A stretch of DNA of 64,000 nucleotides from Elusimicrobiota bacterium. GTDB taxonomy: Bacteria > Elusimicrobiota > Endomicrobiia > Endomicrobiales > JAPLKN01. The notes beneath the pieces were generated by a model. The model ran no database searches, was not told the DNA's origin, and saw only the letters and a program-made list of their open reading frames with translations. Both the position numbers and the translations under genes were made by a program. Each line of letters begins with the position of its first letter. Position 1 is the stretch's first letter. This document shows, piece after piece, positions 9,588-18,830 of the stretch. The DNA is taken from assembly GCA_042562855.1 (NCBI GenBank), contig JBHPNE010000001.1:35046-99045 (forward strand). Reading direction: 5' to 3'.

Positions 9588-9725
9588 AAAGCGAAATTTG
9601 CTAACATATTATGCAGTTTGTTTGGTTATTAATAGAAGATTATTGATTTGTTTAAAAATGCTCTCTGACGAAGGATATAGGCTAACCCAATTCAAGTTTC
9701 TAAAATCGCCCAGGCCGGGCAGGTT
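9588..9725. repeat. Repeat R2 plus an exact 18-bp copy of the tRNA-Gln 3' end (9708-9725 = 7535-7552)
   Basis: GCCCAGGCCGGGCAGGTT is present at both positions. The preceding ~120 bp align to R1. Confidence 0.8.
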
Positions 9726-9790
9726 AATTCAAGAATATTTTTTTACTTTATACTTCCTTGCGTTTAATAAAATTTAGGGAGGCAGCTAAA

Positions 9791-10087
9791 ATGGAAAAGA
9801 AAATTGGCGAAGTAGACGATTTTTTTGCACACGTAGGTGTAGTAGCACTTGTTCTTAAGGATAAGCTTAATGTAGGAGACACTATCCGGATACACGGGCA
9901 TACGACCGATTTTACTCAAAAAGTTGAGTCTATGCAGATTGAACATGAAAAAATCGAAAAAGCAAAAAAAGGCGATTCAATCGGAATCAAAGTCAGGGAT
10001 AAAGTTCGTAAACACGATACGGTATATAAGGTCATACCCAAAAAGTCTCTTATCGATTCTTTAAAACTTTTATTTAGCAAATCTTAG
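9791..10087 (+). CDS. Small EF-Tu-domain-2-like (translation elongation factor-like) protein
   Basis: The start was moved from the TTG at 9758 to the ATG at 9791, which has an AGGGAGG RBS at 9776-9782. It has beta-barrel-like sequence (GDTIRIHGHTTDFTQKVESMQIEHEKIEKAKKGDSIGIKV). Confidence 0.55.
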   Translation: MEKKIGEVDDFFAHVGVVALVLKDKLNVGDTIRIHGHTTDFTQKVESMQIEHEKIEKAKKGDSIGIKVRDKVRKHDTVYKVIPKKSLIDSLKLLFSKS

Positions 10088-10103
10088 ATCAACAGTTATT
10101 TAA

Positions 10104-10122
10104 ATACTAAAATATTTAGTAT
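10104..10122. promoter_or_regulatory. Inverted repeat ATACTAAA-ATA-TTTAGTAT
   Basis: Perfect 8-bp arms read directly. It could be an operator, or a weak AT-rich hairpin just after the preceding gene. Confidence 0.25.
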
Positions 10123-10284
10123 GCAAGTATACTGTAGCGTGAAAATGACACGGAGTGTCACGTTAAAGCACACAGGGAAGGAAATAGTACGGAAATACGA
10201 AACAATCCATGAGGACCTGCCTTAAAAAGTCGTTTGAAATTCTATTAAAAACCCACAAAAGGAATGGAACTTTCATGACTCAAA

Positions 10285-10307
10285 AATTGTCTAAGTGATA
10301 GACAATT
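10285..10307. promoter_or_regulatory. Operator-like perfect inverted repeat AATTGTCTA-N5-TAGACAATT upstream of the RND gene
   Basis: 9-bp perfect arms, 46 bp upstream of the ATG at 10353. The geometry is typical of TetR/MarR-type operators. Confidence 0.35.
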
Positions 10308-10352
10308 GGGACCTTTTGGTATGTTTATGTCATCGTTTATAGGTAATATTTA

Positions 10353-13300
10353 ATGCTAAACAAGTTTATCTCATTTTTTGTTAACCGCCACTTACTGACA
10401 AATTTAATGTTCATCGTTATATTTGTCGGAGGCATATTTGCATGGGGGCATACAAAAAAAGAGGAAATGCCCGATATTACCTTTGATTTCATGCGTATTG
10501 GAGCTGTCTATCCCGGAGCAACGGCTGAGGAAGTGGAGCACTTTGTTACAAAGCCTATTGAAGAGGAAGTCAGGGGAATCGACGGTGTTTACAGAGTGAC
10601 AAGCACATCCAGTGACGGTTCAGCCAGTGTTATGGTGGAGCTTGAGCAGTATTACCCTAATCGCGAAGAAGCAATTACAGAAATTAAAAATGCTGTTTTA
10701 GATGTTAAACTTCCTGATGATATTATTAATGATCCGACATTCAGAGTATTTAAAACAACAAAAAAAGCAATAATTGATATTGCATTGTATGATACGGAAG
10801 TCCACCTCCTTGATACACAATCCAGAAAAAAACTGCAGCAGTACGTATATGCATTGGAAAATCAGCTTTTAAATCTCCCTCAGATAAATAGTGTCAATAG
10901 AAGCGGTTATCTAAAGGAAGAGATTCAAATTAAAGTTTTACCTGAAAATTTAAGGAAATTTAATATTCCTTTTAATACGGTTATGCGAGAAGTTAAGAAT
11001 AACCATGTCCGCCAGCCTGCCGGCAGTATTGAAACAAAAAATGAACCGAAAGTGACGTTACTTTCCGAATTGGATACTGTAGATAAGCTGAATAGCGTGG
11101 TTGTTCAGGGCGGATTTGAGGGCCAGGTTGTACGTTTAGAGCAGATCGCAAAAGTAACAAAAGGTTATGAAAAAAATAAGCGAATAACAAAGATAAACGG
11201 CCACGAAGGGGTTATTTTAAACGTTGTCAAAAACACTTCTAGCGGTATACTTGAAGCGATAGAGGTGGTAGAAAAAACGGTTAAAAGTTTCAATAAGAAT
11301 AGTCTAAAAGGTACCTCTATAACATTAATTACTTTAGATGATGAATCACTAGATGTTCGTAACCGTTTATCGCTTATTACAATAAACGGTTCTATAGGAT
11401 TCACTCTAATCCTAATAATGCTTTTTTTATTTTTGAACATTCGTTCAGCAATTTGGGTGGCGATAGGCATACCTTTTACATTTTGTTTCGCGATGATATG
11501 CGCTTTTTTAATGGGTTATACGATAAATAATATAACGCTGGCTGCGGTAATACTTGTTATGGGTATTATTGTTGACGATGCTATTGTGGTTGCAGAAAAT
11601 ATTGCGAGAATGCGTTCGCAGGGCATGAGTTCGCATGATGCGTCGGTTAAAGGAACTGGAAGAATGTTTATGCCCATTGTTGCAAGCATTGTTACTACAT
11701 GTGTTGCATTTGTCCCACTTTTCTTTTTTTCGGGAAGGTTCGGCCAGATGGCGTCATTTATTCCTCCTATTATTTTCTTCATGCTTGGGGCAAGCCTTTT
11801 TGAATCACTTGTTATACTCCCCGGTCATATGCATTTTGAAATTACACCACTGAAAAACTATCTTTCTAAATTTAAAAAGAATGCAAATAATGCAATTCAT
11901 TGGTTTAATAATTTCGAGGATAAATATGAGAAGGCTTTGAGCAAATTATTACCTTACAAGTGGTTCGTTTTCGGATTTTTTGCATTTTTACTCATTCTTG
12001 CCGGTTTTATTATGACTAAACAGATGAAATTCGTAATGTTTCCCGGAGAAGAAACAAGGCAAATTCATTTAACGGGGGAGGCAGATCCGGACAAAGACCG
12101 TTATGAAACAGCGGCACTAACCAAAAAAGTAGAGGATATAATCGGAGCTAATCTCGGCAAGGAAGTAATAGGGTTTAGAACAAGTATTGCCAGAAGCAGG
12201 CGCGGCGGGGCTGTTGAAGAGAATAAATTCAGTATGAGGATAGAAATATTACCTAGGGAAAAAAGGGAAAAGTCGGCCCAACAGCTTAATAAGGAGTGGA
12301 ACGAAAAACTTAAAAGCATAACTGATTTGAAAAACTTAAAACTTTCAACAAGCCATTGGGGGCAATCCAGCGGAAGCGCAATTGAGCTTGTAGTGAAAGA
12401 AAATAACGATGATACAAGACATAAGGTTGCGCAGCGTATTGAAAGCATAATGAAGGAGTTTTATGCACTCAAAGATGTTGAAATTGAACGCGCATTGCTA
12501 AACCCTGAATATAAGATAAGCCTAAAAAGGGAAAAAATTAAAAGATTGGTTATAAGTCCTGCAAGCGTGGCATCAACTTTAAGAGCTGCTTTGGAGGGTA
12601 CTGTAATATACGAATTGCCTCATGGGGACGAGGAGGTTAATGTCAGATTTTCTATTGTTGACGGATCAAAAGATGATATTGATAAAATTTTAGATCTTCC
12701 GGTAGAAAACCAGGGAGATTATCTGGTACCTCTAAGAGATATAGTAACGGTTGAAAAAACCGTAACACCTAATTCGATTTCAAGAAAAGACAATAAAAGA
12801 ATAACTAAAATATTTGCTGACATAAAAAAAGATTCACGAGCGACTCCTCTTGAAATTGCCGAACATTTCGAAAATGAAGTCTTTCCTATAATTCTATCCG
12901 AATACCCTTCTACTACGCTAACATTTGAAGGCGAAATTCAGGATACCCGGGAGTCTAAAGGAGATCTCATAAATGCTGTTATAATGGTTGTATTTCTTAT
13001 CTATGTAATTCTGGTGTTACTTTTTAATTCCCTTTTTAAACCTATCATTATCATGTTTATAATTCCTTTCGGTATGGTTGGCATTGTTCTTGCATTTTGG
13101 CTTCATGGAAAAGTATTATTCGGTTTCTTTGCAGCAATTGGTGCTTTGGGGCTTGCCGGAGTCGTTATCAACGATTCTATAATTATGCTCGATAAGCTTG
13201 ATAAGGAATTCGATGGATCTCAAGGAACGGAGAATACTAACAAACAAATAGCGGCTATAGCAAGGACAAGGCTTCGTGCTGTTGTTTTAACTACTTTAAC

Positions 13301-13517
13301 AACTGTTGCAGGAGTCTTGCCGACCGCATATGGTTTGGCAGGTTATGATGCTATGCTGGCTGAGATGATGCTTGCATTAGCCTGGGGCCTAGTTTTTGGG
13401 ACACTAATAACGCTTATTTTAGTTCCGTGTGCTTATAGTTTTACTCGTGACATAAACCTTTACAAAGTAGATCTGACAAAAAACGGGGAAGAAAAGCCAG
13501 AGGGACAAAATGCTTAA
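10353..13517 (+). CDS. Efflux RND transporter permease (AcrB/CzcA superfamily)
   Basis: 1054 aa. It has two large periplasmic loops and 12 TM segments in the usual 1+5/1+5 pattern, and a typical N-terminus (FFVNRHLLTNLMFIVIFVGGIFAW). Confidence 0.9.
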   Translation: MLNKFISFFVNRHLLTNLMFIVIFVGGIFAWGHTKKEEMPDITFDFMRIGAVYPGATAEEVEHFVTKPIEEEVRGIDGVYRVTSTSSDGSASVMVELEQYYPNREEAITEIKNAVLDVKLPDDIINDPTFRVFKTTKKAIIDIALYDTEVHLLDTQSRKKLQQYVYALENQLLNLPQINSVNRSGYLKEEIQIKVLPENLRKFNIPFNTVMREVKNNHVRQPAGSIETKNEPKVTLLSELDTVDKLNSVVVQGGFEGQVVRLEQIAKVTKGYEKNKRITKINGHEGVILNVVKNTSSGILEAIEVVEKTVKSFNKNSLKGTSITLITLDDESLDVRNRLSLITINGSIGFTLILIMLFLFLNIRSAIWVAIGIPFTFCFAMICAFLMGYTINNITLAAVILVMGIIVDDAIVVAENIARMRSQGMSSHDASVKGTGRMFMPIVASIVTTCVAFVPLFFFSGRFGQMASFIPPIIFFMLGASLFESLVILPGHMHFEITPLKNYLSKFKKNANNAIHWFNNFEDKYEKALSKLLPYKWFVFGFFAFLLILAGFIMTKQMKFVMFPGEETRQIHLTGEADPDKDRYETAALTKKVEDIIGANLGKEVIGFRTSIARSRRGGAVEENKFSMRIEILPREKREKSAQQLNKEWNEKLKSITDLKNLKLSTSHWGQSSGSAIELVVKENNDDTRHKVAQRIESIMKEFYALKDVEIERALLNPEYKISLKREKIKRLVISPASVASTLRAALEGTVIYELPHGDEEVNVRFSIVDGSKDDIDKILDLPVENQGDYLVPLRDIVTVEKTVTPNSISRKDNKRITKIFADIKKDSRATPLEIAEHFENEVFPIILSEYPSTTLTFEGEIQDTRESKGDLINAVIMVVFLIYVILVLLFNSLFKPIIIMFIIPFGMVGIVLAFWLHGKVLFGFFAAIGALGLAGVVINDSIIMLDKLDKEFDGSQGTENTNKQIAAIARTRLRAVVLTTLTTVAGVLPTAYGLAGYDAMLAEMMLALAWGLVFGTLITLILVPCAYSFTRDINLYKVDLTKNGEEKPEGQNA

Positions 13518-14913
13518 AAAACTGATCAGTCTTTTATTAATACCAATATTTTTTACATCAATAGCTTATGCCAAAAATAGTAAAAAAGTGCATAAACTTC
13601 CAGTAGAGGACTTTGTCAAGCTTGCGATAGAAAATGACACTGTTTTTGAGGAAATACTAATTGATGAACTAAGTCTAAAATACAGTAAAGGCTTACAGCT
13701 TCCCGCAAAAGATATAGTATTAGAGATCAAAGGGCAATACGATGCCTATTTTGATTTGGAAAAAGAATATCCTGAAGGATCAGCTTCTTTAAGCAAACTT
13801 TTTCCCTATATTGGAACAAGTGTGTCTGCAGAGTATACTACAATGCCTTCGTTGAGTGCTGATCAAAACAGCTCCATGTTTACATTTCTTATTTCGCAAC
13901 CTCTTGCAGAAAATGCTTTCGGCTTTGCTACACGCATGCACAGTAAAATTATCGGTATAGAAATTGATGTAGCAAAGTATCAAATAGTTGAAGCTTATGA
14001 AGATTATTTGGCAACAATCATAACGGCATACTACAATTGGTATTCGGCATATGAGAATTTAAAAATCGGAAACTCTTCTTATAAACAAAATTTGAAATTG
14101 CTCGAAAATGTCAAAGATAGAAGGCGGAGCAATATTGCCCTTCCTATTGATGTCAATAAGGTAAATGTTCAGGTCTTAAGCAAGAAGGAAAATTTAATAA
14201 CATTAGAAGAATCATATGAAAATGTTTTAAACTTTATAAAACAAACAATTAGATATAAGGGGAATGAAATACTAGAGCCCATGCCCCCCTCTGATTATAA
14301 AAACAAGGTTGTGGTATTTGAAACTGAATATGAAAATTTTAAAAAGGAAAGCCGGACATATGATATTCTAAAAATCTTAGAAAAAAAGAGCAGCTTAGAA
14401 GTAAAGAAAAATGCCAATGAACTTCTTCCTTCAACAAATTTACTGTTGGGTTATAAGACTTCCGGTGAAGATTTTGATATTAAAAATGAGGAAAAGTATG
14501 CGTACGGTGCTATTTCTGTTTCCTGGCCTCTTTCGGACCAGATCGCGCACGCAGAATATGAGATATCAAAGATAACGCATAAAAAGACTCAAATTTCAAA
14601 TGAAAACAAATATGTCCAGTTGTATACCGATTTGAAAAACTTGTCCATTCAGATTGAGAGGGAGAAAAAACTGATCAGTATAGCCGATAAAAAAATTAAA
14701 TTAGCAGAGTCTATCTTAAAGGATGAATCCCAGAATTATTCTTATGGGAAAGTTACATTAAATGACTACATAGATGCCGTAAATCGGTTAGATGATAATA
14801 AATTCAATAGAATACTGCATTTGGTACAGCTTAAAATACTTACCACAGAATGGCTGAGAATGACCGACCAGTTGATCAATCGGAAAGAAATACAGAACAA
14901 GCCAAAGTTGTAA
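13510..14913 (+). CDS. TolC-family outer membrane efflux protein
   Basis: Overlaps the RND stop by 8 nt. It has a signal peptide and two-fold repeated coiled-coil/OEP-like halves. Confidence 0.75.
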   Translation: MLKKLISLLLIPIFFTSIAYAKNSKKVHKLPVEDFVKLAIENDTVFEEILIDELSLKYSKGLQLPAKDIVLEIKGQYDAYFDLEKEYPEGSASLSKLFPYIGTSVSAEYTTMPSLSADQNSSMFTFLISQPLAENAFGFATRMHSKIIGIEIDVAKYQIVEAYEDYLATIITAYYNWYSAYENLKIGNSSYKQNLKLLENVKDRRRSNIALPIDVNKVNVQVLSKKENLITLEESYENVLNFIKQTIRYKGNEILEPMPPSDYKNKVVVFETEYENFKKESRTYDILKILEKKSSLEVKKNANELLPSTNLLLGYKTSGEDFDIKNEEKYAYGAISVSWPLSDQIAHAEYEISKITHKKTQISNENKYVQLYTDLKNLSIQIEREKKLISIADKKIKLAESILKDESQNYSYGKVTLNDYIDAVNRLDDNKFNRILHLVQLKILTTEWLRMTDQLINRKEIQNKPKL

Positions 14914-14994
14914 CCTTTTTTAAAACTTATAATTTTGATACAATATTTTTATATTAATATTTCGGGGAAATTTCAGTTAGTTAAATACTTAGAT

Positions 14995-15246
14995 ATGTGG
15001 TATGTATATATATTGCAGTGTCAAAATGGGAAGTTGTATACGGGGACGACCAACGATGTGGAGCGTCGCATCAAAAAACATAGGGAGGGGAAGGGTGCGC
15101 GTTATACAAGAATATTTGGAGTAGATTCTCTGCTTTATAAGGAAGAATATAAAACTCGAAGCGAAGCTTTGAGGCGGGAAGCACAAATAAAAGGTTTAAC
15201 AAGGAAAGGGAAACTTATTTTGATAAAAGAGAATGGGGAGAAATAA
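14995..15246 (+). CDS. GIY-YIG nuclease family protein (UPF0213-like)
   Basis: The start was moved to the ATG at 14995. The GIY-YIG core is YVYILQCQNGKLYTGTTNDVERRIKKH. Confidence 0.8.
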   Translation: MWYVYILQCQNGKLYTGTTNDVERRIKKHREGKGARYTRIFGVDSLLYKEEYKTRSEALRREAQIKGLTRKGKLILIKENGEK

Positions 15247-15248
15247 CT

Positions 15249-16385
15249 TTGATTTATGATGTCATTGTAGTTGGCGGTGGTCCGGCAGGCGCAACTGTTG
15301 CCTATCATCTGGCCAGGGGAGGTCTTAAGGTGCTTTTACTGGAAAGGCAGAAAATTCCCCGTGATAAACTTTGCGGAGGACTGCTTAGCCTCAAGGCTGC
15401 AAAACTTTTAAATTTTGATTTAAGTGAAGTGATAGAAAAAGAGATTTTTAAAGCCAACATTTCTTTCGGCAAACTTAAACGTGTTATAGGAGGTTTTGGG
15501 GCTGTAGGATATCTTCTTTCTAGGGACAAGTTTGATCAGTTTCTTTGCGCTAAGGCCAAAAGTGAGGGGGCAGATATCCTCGATGGAGCAAGAGTCACTG
15601 AAATTGAACAAAAAAGTGAAGATGTGATTGTGAGATGTGAAGGGAAAACCTTACGGTCTAAAATAGTTGTAGGAGCTGATGGTATTGGAAGTATTGTTGC
15701 AAAAGCAATGAATTTATCTGAGGGAGAAATGGGGCTTGCTCTTCTAACTAAAATCCCATATAAGAAAAACAAGCTTCTTAAAAAGGCATTTAAGTCTGTT
15801 CTTATGGATTATGGATGTATCCCAGGCGGATACGGGTGGGTGTTTCCGAAACAGGACCATTTAAACGTAGGAATTGGAACTTCTAATAAGAAAAAATACA
15901 CTCAACTGAAGAGGTATTTTTACAAGTTTCTTTCAAATCAAGGGTTTCTTCCTAAGGGAGAAGATATTGAGATTTCTGCACATCCAGTACCATTAGGAAA
16001 TAAAATGGAGAAGTTTCAGAATGGGAGAACACTCGTAGTAGGAGATGCTGCATTCTTGGCTGAACCCTTTTTCGGAGAGGGGATATACTGGTCAGTTTAT
16101 AGTGCTCAGATGGCTGCTTCAGTGATTGTTAAAAAGCTAAAAGAGAAAACCTCTGGTGAATTCTCCCTCCACGAATATGAGGAGAGTATTCAGAAGTTAG
16201 TGCTTCCGGAAATAAATGCTGCTCGAGCAGTAGCTAAAACATTTTATCGTTCCCCTCGTAAACTTTTTATTTCGATGAACAAAAAGGTTGAAAAGAGTAT
16301 CAGTCAATTAGTAACAGGGGATTTGACCTTTCAGGAATATGTAAACTCTGATATATTAAAACGATGGATTTTTAGGCCTCGTTAG
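15249..16385 (+). CDS. Geranylgeranyl reductase-family FAD-dependent oxidoreductase
   Basis: TTG start. The dinucleotide-binding motif is DVIVVGGGPAGATVA, followed by LCGG, with GDAA near the C-terminal third. Confidence 0.8.
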   Translation: MIYDVIVVGGGPAGATVAYHLARGGLKVLLLERQKIPRDKLCGGLLSLKAAKLLNFDLSEVIEKEIFKANISFGKLKRVIGGFGAVGYLLSRDKFDQFLCAKAKSEGADILDGARVTEIEQKSEDVIVRCEGKTLRSKIVVGADGIGSIVAKAMNLSEGEMGLALLTKIPYKKNKLLKKAFKSVLMDYGCIPGGYGWVFPKQDHLNVGIGTSNKKKYTQLKRYFYKFLSNQGFLPKGEDIEISAHPVPLGNKMEKFQNGRTLVVGDAAFLAEPFFGEGIYWSVYSAQMAASVIVKKLKEKTSGEFSLHEYEESIQKLVLPEINAARAVAKTFYRSPRKLFISMNKKVEKSISQLVTGDLTFQEYVNSDILKRWIFRPR

Positions 16386-16450
16386 CAGTAATGTGCTAGA
16401 CTCGTTTCTACAGTTGGAAAAAACTTGCTCTAATAAAAAACAGTAAATCC

Positions 16451-16479
16451 TTGTAAATAAAAATAGAATTTGCTAGTAT
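16451..16479 (+). promoter_or_regulatory. Sigma70-type promoter candidate for the cold-shock gene
   Basis: TTGTAA (16451-16456), 17-nt spacer, TAGTAT (16474-16479). This leaves a ~70-nt 5' UTR, as is common for csp genes. Confidence 0.35.
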
Positions 16480-16555
16480 CTACCGAGTTTAAAAAGCTCA
16501 GAATAATCGTTTCGGCATTAAATGCTTGAAAAGAGTAAAGCGGGAGAATTATTGT

Positions 16556-16759
16556 ATGGCAACAGGAAAAGTGAAGTGGTTTAATGATGCGAAAGGTTTT
16601 GGTTTCATTTCAAATGATGATGGTAGCGGTGATGTTTTCGCACATTTTTCAGCAGTAGAAGCTTCAGGTTTTAAAACTTTGGCTGAAGGTGATTCTGTAG
16701 AGTTTGAGGTAGAATCTTCAGACAAAGGCCCAAAGGCATCAAATATCAGAAAAGTATAA
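16556..16759 (+). CDS. Cold-shock protein (CspA family)
   Basis: The start was moved to the ATG at 16556. RNP-1 KGFGFI and RNP-2 VFAHF are present. 67 aa. Confidence 0.92.
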   Translation: MATGKVKWFNDAKGFGFISNDDGSGDVFAHFSAVEASGFKTLAEGDSVEFEVESSDKGPKASNIRKV

Positions 16760-16787
16760 TTTTCTGTATTATAGTATTAAAGAACAA

Positions 16788-16818
16788 AACCCTTAATTGT
16801 TAGTTGAGGGTTTTTTTC
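16788..16818 (+). terminator. Rho-independent terminator after csp
   Basis: AACCCTTAA / TTGAGGGTT stem (one G-U pair) with a 7-nt loop, followed by TTTTTT. Confidence 0.7.
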
Positions 16819-16861
16819 TGTGTTTTTAAAGTATTTCGAGCGATTTAAAGGTTGATATATT

Positions 16862-18676
16862 ATGGATCAAAACAAAATTAGGAATATAGCTATTATTTCA
16901 CATGTTGATCATGGTAAAACAACATTGGTTGATCAGCTGTTTAAACAAAGTGGAATGTTTAGGGACAATCAAGCTGTAGCTGAACGCCTTATGGATTCTA
17001 TGGATCTGGAAAAGGAACGTGGTATAACGATTGCTGCTAAGAACGGTTCTTTTACGTATAAAGATTATTTTGTAAACATAATTGACACTCCCGGTCATGC
17101 TGATTTTGGCGGGCAGGTGGAACGTGTCCTGAAAATGGCAGACGGGGTTCTTCTTTTGGTTGATGCTGCTGAAGGACCCATGCCTCAAACTTATTTTGTC
17201 TTGAAGAAAGCTCTATCTATTCACTTGCCGGTGATTGTTGTTGTTAATAAAGTTGACAAACCAACCGCAAGATGTAGTTGGGTAGTTGATCAGGTTCTCG
17301 AACTATTTATAAAGCTACATGCACCTGATGAGCTCCTTGATTTTCCATTAATCTATGCTTCAGCCCGGGACGGTTATGCCATGGATGATTATCATAAGAA
17401 GGGAAAATCAATGGGTCCTCTTTTCGAAAAGATTATCGGTTGCATCCCATCTCCAAAAGGAGATGCCAATGCCGGGCTCCAGCTTTTGGTCAGCTCAATA
17501 GGACATTCTTCGTTTTTGGGACGGCTTGCCACTGGCAAGATAACCTCAGGAAGCTTAAGTAAAAATAAGAATGTTGCCGTTGCAAAAACTAACCACAATA
17601 TTGTTCCTGCTCGTATTACAAAAACCTATCGCTATCATGGAAGTGAAATGAAAGAGGTTGATGATGCAAGTGTTGGTGAGATAGTTGCAGTTGCAGGCAT
17701 GGAAGATATAACCGTAGGTGAAACTCTTACGGATATGGATAATCCTATGCCTCTTCCTCCAATGGAGCTTGATCCACCGACTTTATCGATGAATTTTATC
17801 CCGAATGATTCTCCGTTTTCCGGAAAAGAAGGCGAATTTGTTACATCAAGCCATATCCGTGAACGGTTAGCTCGTGAGACTTTATCTGATGTTGCATTAG
17901 TTGTAGAGGATCTTATCAATATGGTCGGATACAAGGTATCGGGGAGAGGCGAACTTCATTTATCGATATTAATAGAAAAAATGAGACGGGAAGGATATGA
18001 GTTTCAGGTAACACGGCCGCATGCTATTTTTCATGAAGAAAACGGAGTTGTAAAAGAACCATATGAGGAGCTTATATTAGATATTGATGAATCTGCTATT
18101 GGTGATATTATGGCTAATGTCAGTTCCCGTAAGGGTGAGATGATTGAAATGCATCAAGACGGGACTATGGTCCGTCTAAAATACAAAATTCCAACTCGCG
18201 GATTGTTGGGTTTTAAATCAGAATTTATGACCGCGACCAAGGGCCTGGGTATAATGAATTACATGTTTTTAGATTATGATTCATATGCTGGGGAAATAAA
18301 AAACCGGGTTAATGGTGTTTTAATAGCAATGGAAAATGGTATTACCGCCGGATATGCGTTGTTCAATCTCCAGGATAGAGGAAAGTTTTTTGTTGGACCC
18401 GGCGAGAATGTATATTGTGGTCAGATACTCGGCGAACATTCAAGGGAAAACGACCTCGTGATAAACGCATGCAAAGGAAAAAAGCTCACTAATATGCGTG
18501 CTTCAGGATCTGATGATAATATAATACTTACTCCTCCGGAAAACTTGAGCCTTGAAAACTGCGTTGCATATATAAATGATGACGAACTAGTTGAAATTAC
18601 CCCCAAATCTATCCGTATGCGCAAATTATTGCTGGATGAAAATGCGCGCAAGCGTTCTAAAAAATCAAAAAATTAA
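16862..18676 (+). CDS. typA: Translational GTPase TypA/BipA
   Basis: G1 SHVDHGKTTL, G3 DTPGHADFGG and G4 NKVD are present. 604 aa, with a BipA-type C-terminal domain. Confidence 0.95.
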   Translation: MDQNKIRNIAIISHVDHGKTTLVDQLFKQSGMFRDNQAVAERLMDSMDLEKERGITIAAKNGSFTYKDYFVNIIDTPGHADFGGQVERVLKMADGVLLLVDAAEGPMPQTYFVLKKALSIHLPVIVVVNKVDKPTARCSWVVDQVLELFIKLHAPDELLDFPLIYASARDGYAMDDYHKKGKSMGPLFEKIIGCIPSPKGDANAGLQLLVSSIGHSSFLGRLATGKITSGSLSKNKNVAVAKTNHNIVPARITKTYRYHGSEMKEVDDASVGEIVAVAGMEDITVGETLTDMDNPMPLPPMELDPPTLSMNFIPNDSPFSGKEGEFVTSSHIRERLARETLSDVALVVEDLINMVGYKVSGRGELHLSILIEKMRREGYEFQVTRPHAIFHEENGVVKEPYEELILDIDESAIGDIMANVSSRKGEMIEMHQDGTMVRLKYKIPTRGLLGFKSEFMTATKGLGIMNYMFLDYDSYAGEIKNRVNGVLIAMENGITAGYALFNLQDRGKFFVGPGENVYCGQILGEHSRENDLVINACKGKKLTNMRASGSDDNIILTPPENLSLENCVAYINDDELVEITPKSIRMRKLLLDENARKRSKKSKN

Positions 18677-18768
18677 TAACAGAATTAGTCCTGCGCATTT
18701 CAAAATTCACAGAAGCTTAAGCTAAGTGTGACCCCAAGAATATTGCGAAAAATCGAGCCAAAAGGTGT

Positions 18769-18796
18769 TTTACATAAACGAAATATTATGTATAAT
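18769..18796 (+). promoter_or_regulatory. Sigma70-type promoter candidate for pfp
   Basis: TTTACA (18769-18774), 16-nt spacer, TATAAT (18791-18796). Confidence 0.4.
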
Positions 18797-18830
18797 GCAT
18801 AATCTATATCGCTAATCAGGAGAGAGTAAA

